From contig JBHGNT010000002.1 of NCBI GenBank assembly GCA_043228905.1, positions 8,122,001 to 8,186,000 on the forward strand: a DNA stretch of 64,000 nucleotides, in the 5' to 3' direction. The notes beneath the pieces are model-generated. The model did not search any database. It was not told where the DNA came from and saw nothing but the letters and a program-made list of their open reading frames with translations. Made by a program: the position numbers and the translations under genes. This stretch comes from Azolla caroliniana. Lineage: Eukaryota; Plantae; Polypodiophyta. Position 1 is the first letter of the stretch. Every line of letters begins with the position of its first letter. Below are positions 58,030 through 64,000 of this stretch, one piece after another.

Positions 58030-60366
58030 ATGGAGCCACATTTGGGGGGTGCCACTACAACTACAACTACAACTACTACTACTTTTGATGGGAGTGATTG
58101 GAGCCCAAGGATTTCCTTCTCTCACAATGTGGCCACTACTACTACTACTATCAAGAAGAATCCCCAATCTCCTCCAAATTTAGAGGTTCATTCTACTACT
58201 AATAGTGGTAGTACCACATCTTCCACTAATGGGGCTGCTCTTTGCCCTAATTCCGATCATGGGTTCGAATTCTCCTCCTGCACCTCGCCTCATGGCCTCT
58301 CCTTCTCCCCCCACAAAACCATGGTCTTTGCAGAAGAGCTTTTCTGCGATGGAAAGCTCCGCCCATTAGCACCACCACCGCCACCGCCACCGCCATATCG
58401 AAAGGATGAAAGAAGCATCGGCGCCCAAATGAAGAGAATCGGTGGCGATGAAGGAATCGTGAAGAGAAATGGTGGTGGAGCTGAAGCGATGGCCGCCGGC
58501 TCCCAGGCGAGGAGGATGTGCAGAGGTGAGGAGATGAAGAGAATTGGGCGAAACGAAGAAATCATGAAGAGAAATGGCGGAAATAAGGGGGTAAGCGGTG
58601 GCGATCCGGTGAAGAAATTTGGTAAAGAAAGCGATGGGAAATCATCGGCCAGAACTAGGACAGACTTATTTGGTATGAAAGTGGGCACAAGCTATCATGG
58701 TGGAACAGAAGAAGCAGAAGAAGAGGAAGGAAAAGGGCAACAAGCAGAAGATGAAGAAGAAAGAGGTGAGAATGGGCGGCAGAAACCATCGCCCAAACTG
58801 AGCTTAATGGCTAGAGAGGCAAGGAAGATGAAGTGGAAATGTCCACCCAAATTAAGCTTAACCAATAGAGAAGAAGCAGAAGCAGAAGAAGCAGAAGAAG
58901 AAGAAGAAGAAGAAGAAGAAGAAAAGGAGAGGATGAACAAAAGTAGTAGTAACAGTAGCGATGGTGGGAGACCTAATAATCTAGCAGGTAGTGAAGATGA
59001 AGTGGAAATGAAGAGAATTAGCAGAAATCCAAGGTGTACATCTATGGCTATGGAAAGCTTCTCACATAAGAAACATAATCATCATCATCATCATCATCAT
59101 CATCATAGATTATACTATAGCAGTAGGATTCCTCATAGAAGCTCCATTAGCCTTAATACTTCTCGTTGCCCTTCTCCTACTAGAACCTTCTCCTCTTCTC
59201 TCCCTTGCACTGCACCTCCATCTCCTACATCATCAGTCTCTGCTTCTTCAATTCATTACACCAATCCTTCTGCTTCTGCTTCTTCTTCTTCTTTAAGATA
59301 TTGCAACAAAGTCATGGATTTCTTCAAGCTCAAGAAGCTTCACTCCTCCTCCTCCTCCTCCTCCTCATCATCATCATTATCATCATCTTCTTCCTCTTCC
59401 TCTTCCTCTTGTGAGAATTCTGGTCCTAATGGCTACAAGATGACCATTAGCCCTAGGTCCTTCTGGCCATTCTCTAAAGTCAAAACAAACCCAATGCCCA
59501 CAAGTTCAGTTGCCCCTATCCCCACGAGGCCCACACAAGAGCCAATTCATTACCCCAAAGATGGTCACAAAACTCACATTGCCGCGCCCACCCTGGATGG
59601 GCACACCAATCACGAGGATGCCCATCGTGCACAATCATTGGCCCCTTCGTGTGACAAGGTCCCCCCCCTAGTCCCCTCATCACGAATTTCAATCGATAAA
59701 CCTATGACACATTGTTCTTATCATCACAAAGGTGTTGGGATCCATGGTAACAAGAAATCCATCACTCAAACTGTCATTGGACATGCCAAGGACACCCAAT
59801 GCGAACCACCTTCTCCATCTATCAAAATGGACGCCCCCTTCCCTATGTCGCAACTTCCTCTCGACCAAAGTATGGCCAAACCAACTCCTTGTGATCATCG
59901 TGTTGCTCGTTTGCAACACAATGCTAGGCTCGTGACACATCCGAAAACGTGCAATGCCGAGAACATTCTAACGACGACCACGAAGATGGTTGTCGTTGAT
60001 GATCGAGCTAATTGGGATTGTAATGGTATTAAGGAATCGAATGTCAACACCAACAACGTTGGTCTTCATCCTTGTTCCAATTACCACTCTCAACTATGCA
60101 AGCAAAGAGTAAAGAATGTAGAGAATGGGATGATATTGGGTTCAAGAGGTAATACAAGATCAAAGGGTCTTGATAGGCCCGTTTCCTATGCATCAAGTGT
60201 GAGGGTTACTCCCATCCTCAATGTACCTGGTTGCATGACCCCTTCTCTTAGGAAAACCAAAACTTCTTCGAAATCCAAGCCTACAGGTTTTGGAAACTTT
60301 TTCTCAACAAGAGAGAATATACCCATGGCTTATAGTTTAATCCCTAGCAATGGGGATGATCATTAG
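58030..60366 (+). CDS. Single-exon, largely disordered plant protein (778 aa) of the SPRISFS / ELF-GK-P motif group (DUF1645/MAKR-like uncharacterised family)
   Basis: Long open frame from the ATG at 58030. Motifs SPRISFS, FEF, AEELFCDGKLRPL and C-terminal VRVTPILNVP. Repeats inside the CDS are triplets that keep frame; GA/GAA-rich leader upstream. Confidence 0.85.
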   Translation: MEPHLGGATTTTTTTTTTFDGSDWSPRISFSHNVATTTTTIKKNPQSPPNLEVHSTTNSGSTTSSTNGAALCPNSDHGFEFSSCTSPHGLSFSPHKTMVFAEELFCDGKLRPLAPPPPPPPPYRKDERSIGAQMKRIGGDEGIVKRNGGGAEAMAAGSQARRMCRGEEMKRIGRNEEIMKRNGGNKGVSGGDPVKKFGKESDGKSSARTRTDLFGMKVGTSYHGGTEEAEEEEGKGQQAEDEEERGENGRQKPSPKLSLMAREARKMKWKCPPKLSLTNREEAEAEEAEEEEEEEEEEKERMNKSSSNSSDGGRPNNLAGSEDEVEMKRISRNPRCTSMAMESFSHKKHNHHHHHHHHHRLYYSSRIPHRSSISLNTSRCPSPTRTFSSSLPCTAPPSPTSSVSASSIHYTNPSASASSSSLRYCNKVMDFFKLKKLHSSSSSSSSSSSLSSSSSSSSSSCENSGPNGYKMTISPRSFWPFSKVKTNPMPTSSVAPIPTRPTQEPIHYPKDGHKTHIAAPTLDGHTNHEDAHRAQSLAPSCDKVPPLVPSSRISIDKPMTHCSYHHKGVGIHGNKKSITQTVIGHAKDTQCEPPSPSIKMDAPFPMSQLPLDQSMAKPTPCDHRVARLQHNARLVTHPKTCNAENILTTTTKMVVVDDRANWDCNGIKESNVNTNNVGLHPCSNYHSQLCKQRVKNVENGMILGSRGNTRSKGLDRPVSYASSVRVTPILNVPGCMTPSLRKTKTSSKSKPTGFGNFFSTRENIPMAYSLIPSNGDDH

Positions 60367-62428
60367 AATGCCTAATTTACAATGTACGTGAGTTACTACT
60401 CTTGGAATTTGTATCACAAGGATTGTTTGTTTGAATCACAATGATACGGTTTAAGGCAAACTTTGCCTTTCGAAAGCATTAGGCTTGCCAAGCTACATGA
60501 TCTACCCTTCGCTTGAATCAAAGTTATACAAATTTCTTTAACAACATATGAAATTTCCCAAGGGCAAGCTAAGAATACTTGTGGTTGAAGGCCAAATTAT
60601 GCATCCTTAGAATTGCTTGATGTGAGCTTTTGAACTATAACTTTGAACTTACCATCCACAATATGTTGAACTCAAAACTCAAAATGGATCATACGTCATA
60701 CATGGGTTGTTACTCTTACATTACCTCTTCTAGCCATAAAAGGTTTAAGTGTTGCATTTCATTAAAGCAATAAAAGAGAGGCCATCCTCAACGTCACTTA
60801 TCATGTTTATTGAGCAAATGTTGATAATAAATGGCATTTCCACATTTTGCTACCAAGAAAAAAGAAAACATGCACAACTTACAATGGGAGTTATTCAAAG
60901 TGGGTAAGGTGACATAACTAAACATCAAGGATACCTTTTATTCCAATATGGGGCTACATATGAGTACTAGGATGAAACATTTCATTAATATATGTGGTGC
61001 ACTTTTATAGTAATGCTAGATGCAATGGATACCCAAACATATGTGTGTACAAGTTATCACTTATGACAATTATTTTGCCTTTTGTAAAAAGTTACTTGGG
61101 CCCTAGGTCTATGCACTTATGTAAGGTGTTGGTCGCTTTCTAAATCATTTTAGAGAACATGGGAGCATAACATGTGTTTAAACTTTAAAGCAACTACATT
61201 CTTGTCTTTCTATAAGATATCAACTTTGGTCAATTGGTTTATACATGCTTGAATACCAATCACTCACAATTATCCATATGCTCTACATTCATATTTAATT
61301 GTTTACAAAATGTTAATTGTAGATTAAAAGACATTAGATTGTAGATTTTAACATTTGCTTACCTTAGACAATCTCACTTTACAATTTGCTTACCACAAAC
61401 GGAAGCAAACACCACAAAATAACTAATGTAAATAGGTCATAGAAACGACAGGTTACTTGTAACAAAATACTTTCATGGTATCTTGTTATTTGAATATTTC
61501 TTCCCCTCATTCTTAATAAGAATAAAACATTTCTCATTTTGACACAATTAGTTTTAGCATGATCAACAAGATTATGTTAGAAAATGAATGAAACAAATTG
61601 GTACCAATATTGGCAAAGCACCATGCATGCATGCATTTTTATCATGATGGCATGCTATGTGGACTAGAACTTAATGATGATATCTAATCTAGAACCTTCT
61701 TATTACATTCAATACATTGATATATGCAATTAACTCTTTCTTAGAAGTGAACATCCATTGCCAAGTTCTCTCGATCTCTTTTTTGTGTTCTTGCTTTATC
61801 TCTCTATGTTCTATACCATCATTTTCTTCCCTACAAGTGGCAAGATTCACTTCTTCCATCTATTTGTTTTTGCCATGAACCTCATGTAACTCGTTCTTGG
61901 GTTAGATTTTCAATTCCATTGTTAAAAACATGATTATGTATGTTCAACTCAGTTATCCTGTCCATAGATAGTTCAATCTATGTATGTGTCAAATTTATGG
62001 GGAGGGATATCGTTGGTCTCCCCTAGAAGGATATCTTTCCACGTGAAGGGCATGTTGTGCCAAGATATGCATATACTTTAGATAGAATCATAATAGCTTG
62101 TTTGTGCTTTGGGTAGGTGAGGAAGAAGTGGAAAAGAGTTTCAACCTCTGTCCCACATCCATAATACATTTCATTGTCCAAAATTTCGATAGATGATTAC
62201 CACGATGTTGAAATAGATGTAATTTGGACCTTATTTATCAGTGCTTCAAAACTCCTCTAGAGGGTATTCACAATGCAAACATTGCATCCTTTACCTTATC
62301 TTTCGAATAACGTATTAATCTACTTATTTAGAACAACCTTCTAGTTAACATTTTAGAACAAATTGCTTACATTTTTAATGTTTCATTGGAATTCGTATGA
62401 GGAAATTTATGGTACATATTTCCAACCA

Positions 62429-62459
<31 letters not shown>

Positions 62460-63364
62460 ATCTTAACATCTTTATTGCCATTATTTCAATATTTTCATTA
62501 TAACGGACATTAATATTAGCATTACTATTTTTTTTCAGAGTTTTAAAATGTTAGCATTGTGTTTTGGATTTCTAAATAGTAACGTGCCAATCTACTTTAA
62601 ATTTTCAAATCGAAAACCGTTTGAGATACTTGAGAGCTTGAAATCAACTAATAGTGGGTTTTCTACTTTGGTGATCTTAAAAATATCTTGATGACAATAG
62701 CATTGAATGAACATAATGGATATCAATGTTATACATAGGTATTCATTATCATCCTTCTAAGTGAATAAAGATATTATTAAGATCATGTGCCTATCATAAT
62801 AATTTTTGATGATTCTTAGCTTTGTGTTAAGCAATTCTTTTTTATATTTGGAGACATTGTTCCTAGAATCCATCACCTTCGTTTTCTTTGATTATACTCA
62901 GAAGTATACCATCCCTTGAGAAAAGTCCAAAGAAAACATTAAACTTTGTTTGCATTCCAACTGTGAAGGTCTAACAATAGGTGTTGAGTTGGAAATTATG
63001 TTGAAGTACACATGATTTGATCAGGATGTTTCACCTATTTTGGAAGATTTGGCGGACTCCTTAAAAGGTGAAAGGAGCAGAAGCATGGTTGAGTGATGGA
63101 AAAAAGTTGTCTGAGACAAGTCCATTGGGATGGTGAAATAGTTGATTGAAGTTGTTGACAAGTTGATGTTCGAAACATTAAAAAGAGTTTCAAGACAACT
63201 TGTTTTGTCATAAGTTTACACCTTTTAAATTTTTGTTGGAAACTTTTAAATTTGTGACATGTTATCACATGTGCTGTTTGGACAAATATTGGATGATAAC
63301 TTTCAACTAGAATTAATATATCAACCAACCGTGCTTCCACTCAAAATTGGATCTCGTACTTAAC

Positions 63365-63366
<2 letters not shown>

Positions 63367-63418
<52 letters not shown>
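63367..63418. repeat. (AG)n microsatellite
   Basis: Direct reading. Confidence 0.95.
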
Positions 63419-63421
<3 letters not shown>

Positions 63422-64000
63422 CTTTACATTTACTAGAGGACAAGTTAATGCTTAAGACAAAAAATATAGATGTGGAGTATGTGTCCAATGGGCATCCATT
63501 ACAAAAACAATAGACATGATACAAAAATCAAGCATAAATAATGAGACCATAAAGTAAGGGGGTAACTACTAAGATGGGAATGGTTGGTGTTATGGCATCA
63601 TCAATAATAAGATGGTAATAAAATTAAGGTCAACACAAATGACTACACTCAATGCTAGGGAGTTTTATAAATGGCTTCTAACCAACATTATTTAAAGTTA
63701 TTATATGACTTTCATGTTTCGAAAAGGTTGAATGAAGCATGATCACTTAATGCAAAGAAAGCAACAAGTGGAAGAGAAATAAATAGAGTGTGAGCAACGA
63801 TGGCAGCGATAAACAGAGTGCGATGAGCGATGGCAGAACAACGGCCAATACCTGATTCGATGCACAGAGGGGGTTCCGGTGTACCTCCCCTCGATCAACC
63901 TTCTACCTCTCCCCATATTTCAGGTAAGGTCGTCTCACTCTCCTTGTCAGATAATGATAAGAATATTGTGTTAGCAGAAGTACAATGACTACAAGAGGTT

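Noticed and set aside
63540-64000. Helitron-like REFY remnant and possible start of another LTR
   Set aside because: Too short, and cut by the window edge

Overview
Repeat-dense eukaryotic DNA, apparently from a land plant; the retroelement lineages and the gene style suggest a seed-free plant such as a fern (inference). Bases 1-40019 are a deeply nested LTR-retrotransposon cluster that I resolved by hand from LTR pairs, TSDs, PBS and PPT motifs. A near-intact Tnt1-like Copia (B) sits inside a chromovirus (A). A sits inside a minus-strand element (C), which sits inside a degenerate Ty3/gypsy pol (D). D also hosts three related, pol-less elements (E, F, G); E and F are tRNA-Trp-primed, and F carries a solo LTR. 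An Athila-like element (I) hosts a tRNA-Arg-primed element (H) and a Tcn1-like chromovirus (J), and I itself interrupts an RTE-type LINE followed by a second LINE. After ~13 kb of decayed TE sequence there is one single-exon host gene (58030-60366). The most unusual signals concern priming. Element H has no polypurine tract; a tRNA-3'-end mimic abuts its 3' LTR instead, and its PBS is extended into a 41-nt copy of the tRNA 3' half that is fused directly to integrase. Element J shows a Tf1-style 11-nt self-priming match and a tRNA-like/hairpin LTR start. All alignments and counts are by eye; tRNA identities are from recall and need database confirmation.
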